DNA of 64,000 nucleotides from Octopus bimaculoides (Eukaryota), in NCBI RefSeq assembly GCF_001194135.2, contig NC_068988.1, positions 68,956,210 to 69,020,209 of the forward strand, given 5' to 3'. Below are positions 25,526 to 38,073 of the stretch, in pieces; position 1 is the stretch's first letter, and each line of letters begins with the position of its first letter. The notes below the pieces were generated by a model, which was not told the origin of the DNA, did not search any database, and worked only from the letters and a program-made list of their open reading frames with translations. The position numbers were made by a program, and so were the translations under genes.

Positions 25526-27559
25526 CCCCAATGAAGTCAATTCAATGTTGAGCACTTTGAGGTAATTTTTGTCTCATAAGATAGTTTTATCCAGTTAGAT
25601 ATAAAATGTAGCTGTTTTACAGTACCTTAATCTATTCCTGTAATTGTGTGTGTGTGTGTGTGTGTGTGTGAGCCAAATCTATATGCATATGTGTGTTTTT
25701 GTATATGCACATATGTATACAGAAAAGGAGAGAGAGAGAGAAAATTGGAGAAACATACAGAGACTGTAAATCTCAAAAATATTTACATATATATTAGCAG
25801 AAATCACACAGATGCACCTATAAATTAGATATATACACAAATACAAATAACTCTCTCACTCTTATGAACCAACAGTTATATGCACATTGTTAGAACTGGC
25901 ACATAGAGAAACATATATGGGTGCATGCATGTGCACACATTCTGATAAAAGTTGCTAAAAAATGGAAATTTGTGGCTGTAAAGTTAAGAAAAATTTGTAC
26001 ATAAGATGGGAAGGAACCTACTTGTTTGTTATTTTGATGATTATTATTTCACTTATGCTGTAGGGCATTGTGATCAAGTACTTGCCAAACAATATCACAA
26101 GCTAGATGGTCATTAAGATTTCCTTAATAACCATATAGCCTACAGTATCCAATTACATTTCAATATGAATACAAATCTAATCAAATATGAATGAAATATA
26201 GATTTGAGTGCACTTTCATAATCATAATGATCATCATCCTTTTAATGTTAACTTTCTATCTGAATGCACTTTGTGCATTCATATTTGAGTGCACTTCTGT
26301 CTTTGTGCATTCCAATTAGTGTATTTTTTAAAAATGAGTTGTATATTCTTAATAATTTATTAATTATGAAAGATATCTTGGAGAGTAAAAGAAGAGAAAG
26401 GATAAAAACCTAAAGGAATGTGGATTCTGATCTATGAAGTAACACCTGGTTTTGTGGAATGTCTAAGTTCCATCATAAAGCTTCATTCTGAATTAATAAC
26501 TAATACTTGACTGAGTCATGTTGGTTTCTTTGTTAAGGTAACATATTCCTGATCCTTGAGTCAGCTTCCATGTATTATAATAGATGATGACAACAATTCT
26601 TAATTCTGCTAGCTTAAAGTTTTCTTTCTGACTAAAAAATGACAATTAATTATGCACATGTTTACATATCCATAATGTACAAATACAAAGATATTTAATT
26701 CAATTAAAAGAAAGCACATTGAAGAAATTACCAAAATTTGCAAAAAATTTATTCCTCCCTTTTTTAATGTGCCTCTCATTTTAATTGGAATAATAATCTT
26801 AGACATATAATCCTTTATCGTATGTTAAATGAAATTATTAAAGCAAATTCAATTCTTAATTAAAATTTGTTCATTTTATTGTAGCTGCTAAAGACATAGC
26901 TTTCTGGAAAATCAATGACATGTAAAAATATTTTTTGTTTCTTAGCATATCATGTGATTAGTGAAAAGAAAATGAATTGTTTTAAATGATTGATTTTTTA
27001 TATAGGTATAGGTTTGGTACCAGTTACTGCATATAAGTGGTTCATTAATTTACTGATTCAGTTAGTATAAAACAAAGAGGAAAGCAAATTTGACTTTGGC
27101 AGGAATTGAATTCAAAATGCAGAGAGCTCCAGTTAAACTAAGGAAAACATTTTGTTCAATGCTTTAACAATTCTGCTGATCTACTGACCTTGTTTACTAA
27201 TTTTTGATGATTTGTGAAGCTCTTAAATTGTAGAGGCTAACTGGGGATAGGCCATAGGTTTAAGTTCAGGCTTTAAAAGCTGGATATCCCTAGCCAAATA
27301 GTGGCAGGTTTTGATTAGTCATAGGATGCATTTATTAACAGTAACAAAGCAAGATTTGAATCTTCTTAGATTTCTACATTAGTAGTCTAAACAATACATT
27401 GCTGACATATGTTGAGGTTTTATGCATCACTGCATTTAAAAAAAATGTTTAGTTTGGAGAAAACGGCTCTCAATGGCCTTTGCACTCAATTTGAGACCAG
27501 AAGTGTTAAAACTGTAGTATGTTGGTGAGTATTAGGATGGAATGGCTGACATTCGAGAA

Positions 27560-27890
27560 AGAAAGGACTTGGGATAGAGGTTTGTACAAGACCTGGAGAA
27601 ATGGGTTAGATACAATCAAAATGATGAAAGAAAGAAAGAAAAGTGAGTCATGAGAACCTGAGTGGAGGTGTCACTTGATCAGCAATCTATGAGAAGCAGA
27701 GATTATTGTAGAAGAAGTAGAAAAGATAAAGGGAGATGACTGCATGTCTGTGGGTCTAAAACCAGAGTGTATTAGTGAATGATTGCAGGCCAATCAGTTG
27801 GGCAGACTTTTTTGAATATTGTCTGAGTTGTCTGTGTGTATAAAATCAGTTCTGTCATCTCCATCCCAAGTGTGGAAACATTACACTACT
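27560..27890 (-). mobile_element. Possible highly decayed CR1-like APE fragment
   Basis: Weak resemblance on minus to FNVHH..W, QLI..PT, LDL and SDH motifs. Confidence 0.3.
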
Positions 27891-28642
27891 ATGAATTTAA
27901 TCTGAGCTGTGACATGTCTATGGGGGGAAAAAAAGAACATCTTTAACTCCCAGATACTAAATGGTGAAGCTGCAAATAACCACGATGAGGAAACAGTTTC
28001 ATAAGTATAATTATTCTGATGTGCTACAATGTGTAGTTAATGAAATGCAGGATTGAAATATTTCAACTAGCAGGGGAAACCAGTAGGGAGAGAAGAAAAA
28101 GCTGTAAGAAGATCAAAAAATTAATGACCCAATCAACCAATATTTTAAAAATCTACATGACCTTATTCTTCTATCATAGGCCAATACTTTCTAAATCCTG
28201 CAAAATTTAATAATTTGCAATTGAATATATCTTTTTTAAGAGTCAGCTTTTTGGTAGCTTCCTAAAACCTTAATTTCTCATACCTCTTTAGAAATGCAAC
28301 CAAATTCTCTAAGCAAGGGACATTTCAAAATAAACTAAATAAATATAATTCAGGAGTTATGTTGAAATAAAGTTGTGATATAAAATGCTGACAGTATTAA
28401 TATAATTATGAAGTGGAGTAAAAATTACATTTGCAATGAGAAGCCTTTACTTCACAATTTCTCATTGTTCAACTAATGCCAAAAGATATGTTTAAAAATT
28501 AAAGACATTGTACTATGCAAGAATTCCCATGGCTTATGTGTGTATGGAAATCTATTGAACTATTGTTTAAATAGTGAAAGCGCTTCAAATTTAACCTCTA
28601 GGTATTATTAAAAGTAAAATTCAACCAAGTAAACGTACACAT

Positions 28643-28696
28643 ATGTGCAGACACTCATATATTATGTGTCTATGTATGTATGTGTATGTGTGTGTG

Positions 28697-28745
<49 letters not shown>

Positions 28746-29279
28746 TGTATGTATGTATGAATGCATGTATATATATATACATAATGCAAAGCATACACTT
28801 CTCTTTCTCATGTAATATTAACTTGATTATGTTCTTTTCCTTTGCACAGCTAAAAGGCGACACCAAAAAAAAAAAAATATTAATTCTCAATAAATCATTG
28901 GATCATTTTTGATGGCAAATTTTGCAACATTGACTTGACTTGTTTCAGTATTTTTTTAACTCTGTTGAACCATCATGCTTTTTCTTTTAATGCAACATAT
29001 GCACACAACATATGTATATATACATGAGCATATGTGTGTGTTTATACATATATATGCGTGTGAATATATATGATATATATATATATATATTTGTGTGTAT
29101 ATATATGATATATATATATATGTATATATGATATATATATATATATGTGTGTGTATATATATGATATATATATATATATGTATATATGATATATATGTAT
29201 ATGTATATATGATATATATATATATGTATATATGATATATATATATATGTATATGTGTGTATGCATATATATGTGTGTT

Positions 29280-29319
<40 letters not shown>

Positions 29320-29320
29320 T
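28643..29320. repeat. (TA)n-rich compound microsatellite blocks
   Basis: Direct observation (28660-28785 and 29000-29320). Confidence 0.9.
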
Positions 29321-30298
29321 GTAGACTAGAATAGTTTTAAAATCTTTACTCATTGCTCTTCTAGTAAAGACTTTTAAANNNNNNNNNNNNNNNNNNNNNN
29401 NNNNNNNNNNNNNNNNNNNNNNNNNNNNNNNNNNNNNNNNNNNNNNNNNNNNNNNNNNNNNNNNNNNNNNNNNNNNNNNNNNNNNNNNNNNNNNNNNNNN
29501 NNNNNNNNNNNNNNNNNNNNNNNNNNNNNNNNNNNNNNNNNNNNNNNNNNNNNNNNNNNNNNNNNNNNNNNNNNNNNNNNNNNNNNNNNNNNNNNNNNNN
29601 NNNNNNNNNNNNNNNNNNNNNNNNNNNNNNNNNNNNNNNNNNNNNNNNNNNNNNNNNNNNNNNNNNNNNNNNNNNNNNNNNNNNNNNNNNNNNNNNNNNN
29701 NNNNNNNNNNNNNNNNNNNNNNNNNNNNNNNNNNNNNNNNNNNNNNNNNNNNNNNNNNNNNNNNNNNNNNNNNNNNNNNNNNNNNNNNNNNNNNNNNNNN
29801 NNNNNNNNNNNNNNNNNNNNNNNNNNNNNNNNNNNNNNNNNNNNNNNNNNNNNNNNNNNNNNNNNNNNNNNNNNNNNNNNNNNNNNNNNNNNNNNNNNNN
29901 NNNNNNNNNNNNNNNNNNNNNNNNNNNNNNNNNNNNNNNNNNNNNNNNNNNNNNNNNNNNNNNNNNNNNNNNNNNNNNNNNNNNNNNNNNNNNNNNNNNN
30001 NNNNNNNNNNNNNNNNNNNNNNNNNNNNNNNNNNNNNNNNNNNNNNNNNNNNNNNNNNNNNNNNNNNNNNNNNNNNNNNNNNNNNNNNNNNNNNAACCAC
30101 TTTACTTTAAATTGGCACTAATAATCAGTTTCTGCTAGCTAGAAAGGAAGAGATTAATAAATATCTTGCCCAAGGAAGTAAAATATCAGCAACAATATTT
30201 TTTCTGTCATATCTTCATATTGCATTTGATCCACCAGGTTATACATTACATGTATAATAATTATCAATGAATCCTTCAACATACATTTGTACAGACAT

Positions 30299-30366
<68 letters not shown>

Positions 30367-30390
30367 TAGACAGATAGATAGATAGATAGA

Positions 30391-30610
30391 TATCTTTTAT
30401 TTTTGTTTCCGTCATTTGACTGTAGTCATGTTGGGGCAGTGCCTTGAAGAGCTTTTTAGTCAAACAAATTGACCTTATTTTTTAAGCCTGGTGCTTATTC
30501 TATTGATATCTTTTGCCAAAACCAACAAGTTAAGAGGGCATAAACACACTAACACCAGTTGTCAAGCAGTGGTGAGGGGACAAACACAGACAGAAAGCAG
30601 AAAGACATAC
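30391..30610 (-). mobile_element. SINE family A 3' part, left flank of the LTR insertion
   Basis: Reverse complement of the family A body and tail; the matching head lies at 33625-33700. Confidence 0.75.
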
Positions 30611-30789
30611 AGGAATAATGGTACACTCCTCCCACATGACAACTGGTATGACATAGTCACTATAAATAGGTGAGTATGAGACAGTACATAGCAGACAGTC
30701 AGAGATAGATGTGGCTTTACTGGTTTTACTAAGTATACTGTATAGTGAAGTGGGCATTATAACAATCCAACATTTTAAAGATTATAACA
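30611..30789 (+). repeat. 5' LTR (5'-truncated)
   Basis: Aligns to 33435-33624; contains TATAAATAGG. Confidence 0.9.
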
Positions 30790-33422
30790 GTGGCAATGAG
30801 GATTTAAACAACTCACAAGAAATTCATAAACTTAATGAGGATTTAAACAACTCATGAAGAATTAATAAACTCGACAAGGATTTTAACAGCTCACAAGGAA
30901 TTAACTCATGAGGCGTTAACAAACTCACAAAAGCTTTTGCTTTGCAAATCTTACAAAAAAAAAATAATAATCCTAGAATTGTGGCAGATATGTTAGCCAG
31001 TTTGCTTGAGTTCCAAAAACAGCAACTGAAAGAACAACAGCAGTAGCTACAACTACGAGAACAACAGCCAAAGCAACAACAACAACTGAAAGAAGAGCAA
31101 TAGCAGCAGATACAACTGAAAAAGGAACAACAGAAGCAACAACAACAACAAATTATATTCTAACAACAAATGCTGCAATAACTGAAGTCATCAGGAAAGT
31201 CAGAAAAAGTGTTCTCGACAGACTATGTAGTGAACTCCATAACAGAGTTCAAATACGAATCTGATAAAAGAGTTATCTTCAAAACATACTACAAAAGATA
31301 CGAGCAAATCTTTGAGAAAGAATGCAAAGATTGGGATGACAAGATAAAAACGTGCTTAATCTTGAGAAACTAGCAACATGAACATGAACGTACAGTAATT
31401 ATGTTCTCTCAAGCAAACCTTCTGATATAAACTTTAATGACACAATAAATATATTGTGTCAAATTTTCAATGAGAAAAGCTCATTGTTCAACTTAAAGAG
31501 GTAAACATAGACGAGGACTATATCACATATGCTGGTTGAGTAAACAGGAAATGTGAGATGCTTAAGTAGGAAGAATAAACGCCAGATATGTTTAAATGTC
31601 TGACTTTTACACAGGGACTTACAGCCGAAAAGGACGCAGAAGTTAGAACTAGAATTCTTGCAAAGCTAGAACAAAACCAGGAGGCAACCCTACAGCAATC
31701 GTCAGAAGAAGGTGAAAAGATAGTCAAATTAGCAGACAACACAGAGGAAATCGAATGGAAAGATTGTTTCCAAGTAAAACAAGTGTGAAATAGTCAGAAT
31801 AGAGATAAAGTGTTTTCTAAAAAACACGACAAAATTCAGATAATAAACCCATGTTTTGCATGTGGAAGTATACACCCAAGGAAAAATTGTCCATTGAAAC
31901 ATACAGAGTGCTTTTATTATGAAATTATAGGACATATAAAGATGCATTGTAGAACAATGATGACAAAATATCAGAACAAAGGAAAAAAATAAATAGTATG
32001 TCATTGGAAGCAATTAGTAATATAACGATGAGGAAATTCGTGAAGGTGAAAATCAGAAATACAAGTGTTAAAATGCAGTTGGACTCTGGTAGTGATATCA
32101 CCATTATAAACAAAAATAATTGGAAATATGTCAGGAAGCTGAGATTGATTAGATCAAAATGGGTAGTACATGGTGTTATGGGAAAAAGATTATACTATTT
32201 TGGTGAATTTGTATGTTATGTGACATTTCAAGGTCAAACAAAAAAGGCAACGATATATGTGTTAAAATATCCACTTAATTCATTCGGCACAGAACTAGTC
32301 AAAGTATGGAATATGCCCATAAGTATTTTGTGTGGAAATATAGTTGGTTCAGTCCAAGGCTCAAAAGCAGCTGAGGGACTGAAACAAAAAAATTACAGTA
32401 AAATAGAGTGGAACACCTTTATGTAAACCAAACCAAAATGAAAACTCACTCACGATAAAAAGTAAACATTGTTCAAAAGTAAATGTTCTGTGGTCAAGAC
32501 TGCACATTGATTTCGCTGATCCTTTAAATGATTCTTACTATTTAGTGGTAGTTGATAATTTCTCAAAATGTCCAGACATTTGTAAGTGTAAAAAAAACAA
32601 TCTCCTCAACTGTGATAAAATTTTTACATGGATTGCTTGCAAGATTTGACATATCAAACAAGATAGTGTTTGACAATGGAAAGCAATTTGTGTCTAGTGA
32701 ATTTTATAAATTTTGTTAAACGTTCATGGTAGAACATATAACTACGGTGCCATACCAATCCAAATCTAATGGACAGGCAGAACGTTTTGTCAATATCTTG
32801 AAGAGAGCCCTTAGAAAATTGAATAAAGAAGTCACAGATGAGGTAGCTCTACAACAATTTTTAAGAGTGCATTGTGTGACACCAAATCCAAATACACCAG
32901 CCAGTAGCTCACCAGTCTGATGTTTGAAAGGAAAGTAAAATCAGTTTTTGATAAATCGCTACTTGGCAAGGAAATAAAAAGTGCCAGGGAAGACAGCAAG
33001 ATTCTTTAAAGTTGGTGAAAAGGTGTATATGAGGGCATACAAGAATAGAAAACAGAGTTAGGAAGACGGCATCATTATCAAATGCATAGGTTAAATGATG
33101 TATTGGGTAAAAAGTAGAAAAGGCATTCAAAAGAGATACAGGAGCCAACTGAAAAAGACATTCATGGAAAGCAAACCAAGGTAGTTGGAGAAACCAATAG
33201 AATGGTTGTACAATACATTCCAAGTACCAACACCACTGCAGGTGACTGAACCCAGGCGTACAAGTGAGAGAAAAAGAAAATATACAGAGTTCCTGAAAAT
33301 AGATACCAAGTGCAAAAAATATCAAATCATAAGAAAAGAATCTCAAAAAAGGGAGGTGGGGTGAAAAAAAAAATTATTGCTAAATAAAATGACACTTCCT
33401 AAGAAAAACTTAAAAGGGGTGA

Positions 33423-33624
33423 TGTTGTAGGGAATTAGGAATAATGGTACACCCATCCTACATGACATATAGTATGACATAGTCACTATAAATAGGAGAG
33501 TATGAGACACTACAACAGAGTACATAGTTGGTGGTCAGAGATAGTTGTGTCTTTACTGGTTTTACTAAGTATACTGTATACCGAAGTGGGCATTATAAGA
33601 ATCCAACATTTTAAGGATATAATA
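33423..33624 (+). repeat. 3' LTR
   Basis: Starts TGTTG immediately after the polypurine tract. Confidence 0.9.
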
Positions 33625-33700
33625 GTACCTTGCAGTAGGACTGAACACTGAACCATGTAGTTGGGAGGCAAACTTCTTACCAAACAGCCATGCCTTTGCC
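33625..33700 (-). mobile_element. SINE family A head, right flank of the LTR insertion
   Basis: Reverse complement ggcatggctgtttggtaagaagtttgcctcccaactacatgg. Confidence 0.75.
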
Positions 33701-35059
33701 TATACATATACATACATTTAACACACATATTGTCATTTATCTTTTGTCTTTTACTTGTTTCAGTCATTGGACTGCAGCCATTCTGTTGCACTACCTAGAA
33801 AGGTTTAGTTGAACAAATTGATGCCAGTATTATATGGAGAGTCATTGAGATACTTGACATATGACATGAGGACAACATGCTGATTTGGAGTGGTGTGAGG
33901 CCACTCTAACTCCAGTGGGGATGTAGAGCAACCAATGAAGTTGTTAAGATATACAACAATTAGATTCTGAATGTAAATTTGGAAGTGTGAGAGACACCAT
34001 ATGTTACAACAACAGCCTGTTTAACAACTATGAACATCTTTACTTCACAATGAATTGTTAAAAGTTCAATATTTGTGATTCCATATTAAGTGGTTTTCTT
34101 GAAGCTGTCTTTTATGTTATTCGAGTCTAAACACAAAAGCAAAGTACAGATTGAATCACCCACCACCACACAACAATATTTTTAGATTCCCATAATATCA
34201 AACTGCATCAATCCTATACAAATCAACTCTGAACTAAACTAGCTCTTTCAATATCCATTCATTAATTGACCTGAGAGTTTCACACCCCAAAAGGAGCTTT
34301 TGATAAGACAAATATGAGTTATATAATAACAGTTTATCTCTCCACAAATAGCCATTGCTGTGCAAATGGTAGCTGTTTTAATCAAATAGGTTCCTTTTAT
34401 ACTTCAATTCTTGCAGAACTAGATGCTTCAATTTTTCTATAGAAAGCTTCCCTCCTAATAAAACTTTTCAATTCTGGCAATAAGATGAAATATTCTGTGT
34501 TAACATTAGATAAACAGAAAACTATTCAATTTGAAGCTGCAACACACTAATTGAATTTCTGTGTTCGAATACCTTAGGAATATTTGTCCATTCCAGAACA
34601 CTATTTTCTACATAATAATATAAATTCATGTCAATAGCTTCCAAAGTAAAATACTAAGTGTCTCCACTTGAACCAATGAACTGAAACCAAATATAAGTTT
34701 ATTAAATTCCTCTGTTTGGATCACTGGTATAGATTAGTGAATGGTTATTGAATATGAAATATTGAAGCAAATATTAAATGCAGGTTGTGCTGTACAAGAC
34801 ATCTTTTGGATATGAAGTGTCTGATATGAATATTCAGACAATCAAATATTAATTTACAGGTTGTTTTGGAAAAAAATGCTGTAGATTTAAATGATGATAT
34901 TCTACATGTTTGGATATTTCTGAAAATATGAAATAGTTGTTACTCAAAGTACATGTTAAAGGTTATTATTTTAAAGCTAGTTTAAGACAACAACAGAAAA
35001 TTTATTGATAGTGTTACTCAATGTTGCAAGTAGAATCAGCATGAACTTTAATATAATAC

Positions 35060-35329
35060 ACAAAAAACAAGAACAGCAACAGCAGCAAGAAGAAGAAGAA
35101 GAAGAAGCAGAAGAAGAAGAAGAAGCAGAAGAAACAGAAGAAGAAGAAGAAGAAGAAGGAGAAGAAGAAGAAGAAGAAGAAGAAGGAGAAGAAAAAGAAG
35201 AAGAAGAAGGAGAAGAAGAAGAAGAAGAAGAAGAAGAAGAAGAAGAAGAAGAAGAAGAAGAAGAAGAAGAAGCAGAAGAAGCAGAAGAAGAAGAAGAAGA
35301 AGAAGAAGAAGAAGAAGAAGAAGAAGAAA
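35060..35329. repeat. (GAA)n trinucleotide repeat, ~270 bp, with GCA/GGA interruptions
   Basis: Direct observation. Confidence 0.97.
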
Positions 35330-36491
35330 TGTAGTAGTAAATTATTTGTTATTCATTGACAAAGATATCAAGCAACTCGATACTTTGGTAAATACAGTCA
35401 TCTTCAATCATGGTATGAACATGGGGTTTGGAGTTAATAGGGTATCATGGTAGTGAAAAGAGATGAGTATGAATATAGTGAAGGGTTAAAATAATCAATA
35501 GACAAGGAAATTAAGAAAGTTGACAAAGGTGAAGGAGACAAGTATCTTAGTACATTTGATACAGATGGTATCAAAAGGTGTGAGATAAAAGAAAAGTTCT
35601 CAGGAATATTTGAGTAAGGTGAGAGAAGTCTTGGAATCAAAATTTAATGGTGTAAATACTATCACTGATATTAACTCAATGGTCATTAGCATAACAAAGT
35701 ATGGAGGAGATATAGTCAAATGGACGAAGGATGACCTAAAGCTCTTTGACAGATGCACCAGAAAATTGTTAATGATATATAGAGTATTCCATTCCCAAGG
35801 AGATGTTGATTGGCTATGTTTGAAGAGATGTATAGGAGGACGAAGATTAATAAGTGCTGGGGATTCTGTGAATATGGAGGTTGCCAATCTCATAAAGTAC
35901 ATCAATGAAAGTAATGAAAAGTTAATTAAGTCAGTAACATAGGAAAAGGAAAATATCTTTGATCATGTGAAGAAGGAAGATGTACAACATGAAAAGGAAA
36001 GGTCCTCTTGTAACAAACATTTACATAACAAATTCTTTGTAATTACAGATTTGAGGAAATGAGAGTTAGAACTGGCAGAAAAAGCAGCCTGGAAAGAGAG
36101 ACCGAAAGAGTTATTATGTATCTACTGGAGCAAGCATTGCAAATGAGAAACATCAGGAAAGTCTAAGACAAAGAAAATATTGATAGGATGTGTAGGATGT
36201 GTGGTTAAAGAGAAGAAACAATTGCACATATAGTTTCAGAATGTCTAAAACTAACACAGAAAGAGTAAAAAAATTGGAGACATGATGGAGAGACATGATA
36301 GAAAGGCAAACGTTGAACATTGGGAAAATTATAAGTACAAACTTTTTTCTCCTGAAAAGTGGTACGACCCTAAGGTGGAGAATGAAAATATAAAGATCCT
36401 GTGAGATTGTAAATTGTAGGCAGATAAGGTCATGGAACACTCTTGATCTGACATTGTTATCTTTTGAAAAAAGTCACATGAGTGGTAGATA

Positions 36492-36554
36492 TTTTTTTAG
36501 TCTTTTACTTGTTTCAGTCATTTGACTGCAGCCATGATGGAGTTCCACCTTGAG
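36492..36554 (-). mobile_element. Isolated 3' tail of SINE family A (or its partner LINE)
   Basis: Minus aaggtggaactccatcatggctgcagtcaaatgactgaaacaagtaaaagac matches the tail at ~16452-16505. Confidence 0.85.
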
Positions 36555-36663
36555 AAAAAAATATGGAATGCTTCACGAATTTGCATGTTATCTTTGCACA
36601 GGAGTCATGCTAAACTTCTCTCTATTGTTCCAATTTTAGAATATGTACTGCCATAGCTAGTAT
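36555..36663 (-). pseudogene. U6: U6 snRNA retropseudogene
   Basis: Minus ggcagtacatattctaaaattggaacaatagagagaagtttagcatgactcctgtgcaaagataacatgcaaattcgtgaagcattccatattttttt matches metazoan U6 (recalled) with about 11 substitutions; ACAGAGA box mutated; first ~12 nt ambiguous. Confidence 0.95.
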
Positions 36664-36984
36664 GCTTCTTTTGATACCAGAGTGAAAGAGAAAAAACAAG
36701 AAAAGTTTGAGAAGTACAATGATTTCAGATATGAGATTGGGCAGCTGTGGTAATGTAGGAGAATAATGGTAGTTCTACTTGTCATCAGTGTGTTGGGCAT
36801 TGTAAGCAGAAATTTTGAAAAATTTGAGGAACATTTTGATTGCGGCATAAACTTCTCTGTTATGCAGAAAGACTGTTTATTAGGTACAGCAAGAATCTTA
36901 AGAAAAGTATGAAGTGAAATGAATTGGCATAAAACCTAAGATTGAGAGATAAAAACAAATAATAACAATGAACCTTACTACTAT

Positions 36985-37830
36985 ATGCACAAGGCCTGCA
37001 ATTTCAGAAAAGGGGCCAGTCAATTACATCAATCCCAGTGCTCAACTGGTACTTATTTTATCAACCCCAAACAGATGAAACATAAAGTTGACCTTGGTGG
37101 AATTTGAACTCAGAATGTAGATAGAAGGAATAACACAAAGAATTTTGCTAGATACATTCATGATTCTATCGATATTTGTTTCAGATTTTGCTATAAAGCT
37201 AACAATTTTGTTGAGAAAAATTTAATCGCTAACATTGGCCCTAGAAGGATAGGTGAAGCTGATGTTAGTGATATTTGAATTCAGACCATAAAGCACTGGA
37301 AGAAACATCAAAGTATTTCGTGTCTTGTTTCAATGATTTTGCCAACCCACCTCCCAGTAATAATAATAATAATAATAATAATGTGGCAGGCCAGACCCCA
37401 AAACTGCTCTGTTGGTGACAGGATTTTGAGATTGGTGATTGTGTATTGAGTATCTTCTCTGATAGTTAACTTCCAAGTACCAAGTCTTATAATTTGTGGA
37501 AAGTGACATTGTGAGACCTCTGAAAACAGGTTGCCGTCTGCTCTCACAGAACCAACCAGAGCAAGTAAGATTGAGATATCTGAAAAGTAAAATATAGTAA
37601 TAATACTAACAACAATAATTACAACAATTCTTTCTAAATTTTGGCACAAAGCCAGCAATTATGGTGCAAGTGAATGTCAATTGCAGTAATCCAAGCGCTC
37701 AGCTGGTACTTATTTTATTGACTCCAAAACGATAAAAGGTGGTATTTGAGCTTCGAATGTAAAGAGCTGGAAGATACGTCACGTAGCATTCTGTGTGGTA
37801 TGCTAACAATTTTCTTAACTTGTTACCTTA
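36985..37830 (-). mobile_element. Cluster of three family B SINEs
   Basis: Copies at about 36985-37160, 37170-37335 and 37625-37830 share ggcacaagg/ttggcacaa and gaatttgaactcag motifs. Confidence 0.7.
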
Positions 37831-37848
37831 GCAAAAATTATAGCAATA

Positions 37849-38073
37849 TAGTAATCCCTCACCATATCACAATTCAACTATTGTGATCTATTATTTAAGC
37901 TTACATTGATTCCTCTTTGGTGTTGTTTTGCATTCATAATAAAATAAATATATAAAAATATATAAAAATAAGATTAAAAACATATACAGTAGAGTACTGT
38001 TTCTACTTCGTAGATTTTCACCTATCGCAGGGGTTTTGGGAATGTAACACCTGCGATAGTCGAGGGATTACTG
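37849..38073. mobile_element. Tigger/pogo-type MITE
   Basis: TA-(t)agtaatccctc ... gagggattactg-TA. Confidence 0.75.

Larger units (their letters stand above)
30611..33624 (+). mobile_element. Ty3/Gypsy (Mag-like) LTR retrotransposon, decayed, RT-RNaseH deleted
   Basis: 5' LTR 30611-30789 ends CA, PBS tggcaatgagg; 3' LTR 33423-33624 after PPT aaaaggggtga; gag with Q-rich N-terminus and two CCHC-like knuckles; protease LDSGSD; integrase WSRLHIDF and SNGQAERFV. Confidence 0.92.
35355..36965 (+). mobile_element. R4/Dong-like LINE 3' half (RT thumb, CCHC, restriction-like endonuclease), copy 1
   Basis: KYGGDIVKWTKDDL..FDRCTRKLL, HSQGDVD.L.LKR..GGR.L, CRMC..ETI.HIVSEC, EK.EKYNDFRYEIG.LW, LLGTARILRKV; many stops. 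Confidence 0.88.

Noticed and set aside
29335-29378. Short AT-rich hairpin
   Set aside because: Low complexity and adjacent to a gap; cannot be evaluated.
35005-35334. Poly-Glu ORF
   Set aside because: Translation of the (GAA)n repeat; no other coding evidence.
36555-36663. Functional U6 gene
   Set aside because: ACAGAGA box mutated, CpG decay, embedded in a LINE, no recognisable upstream promoter; called a pseudogene.
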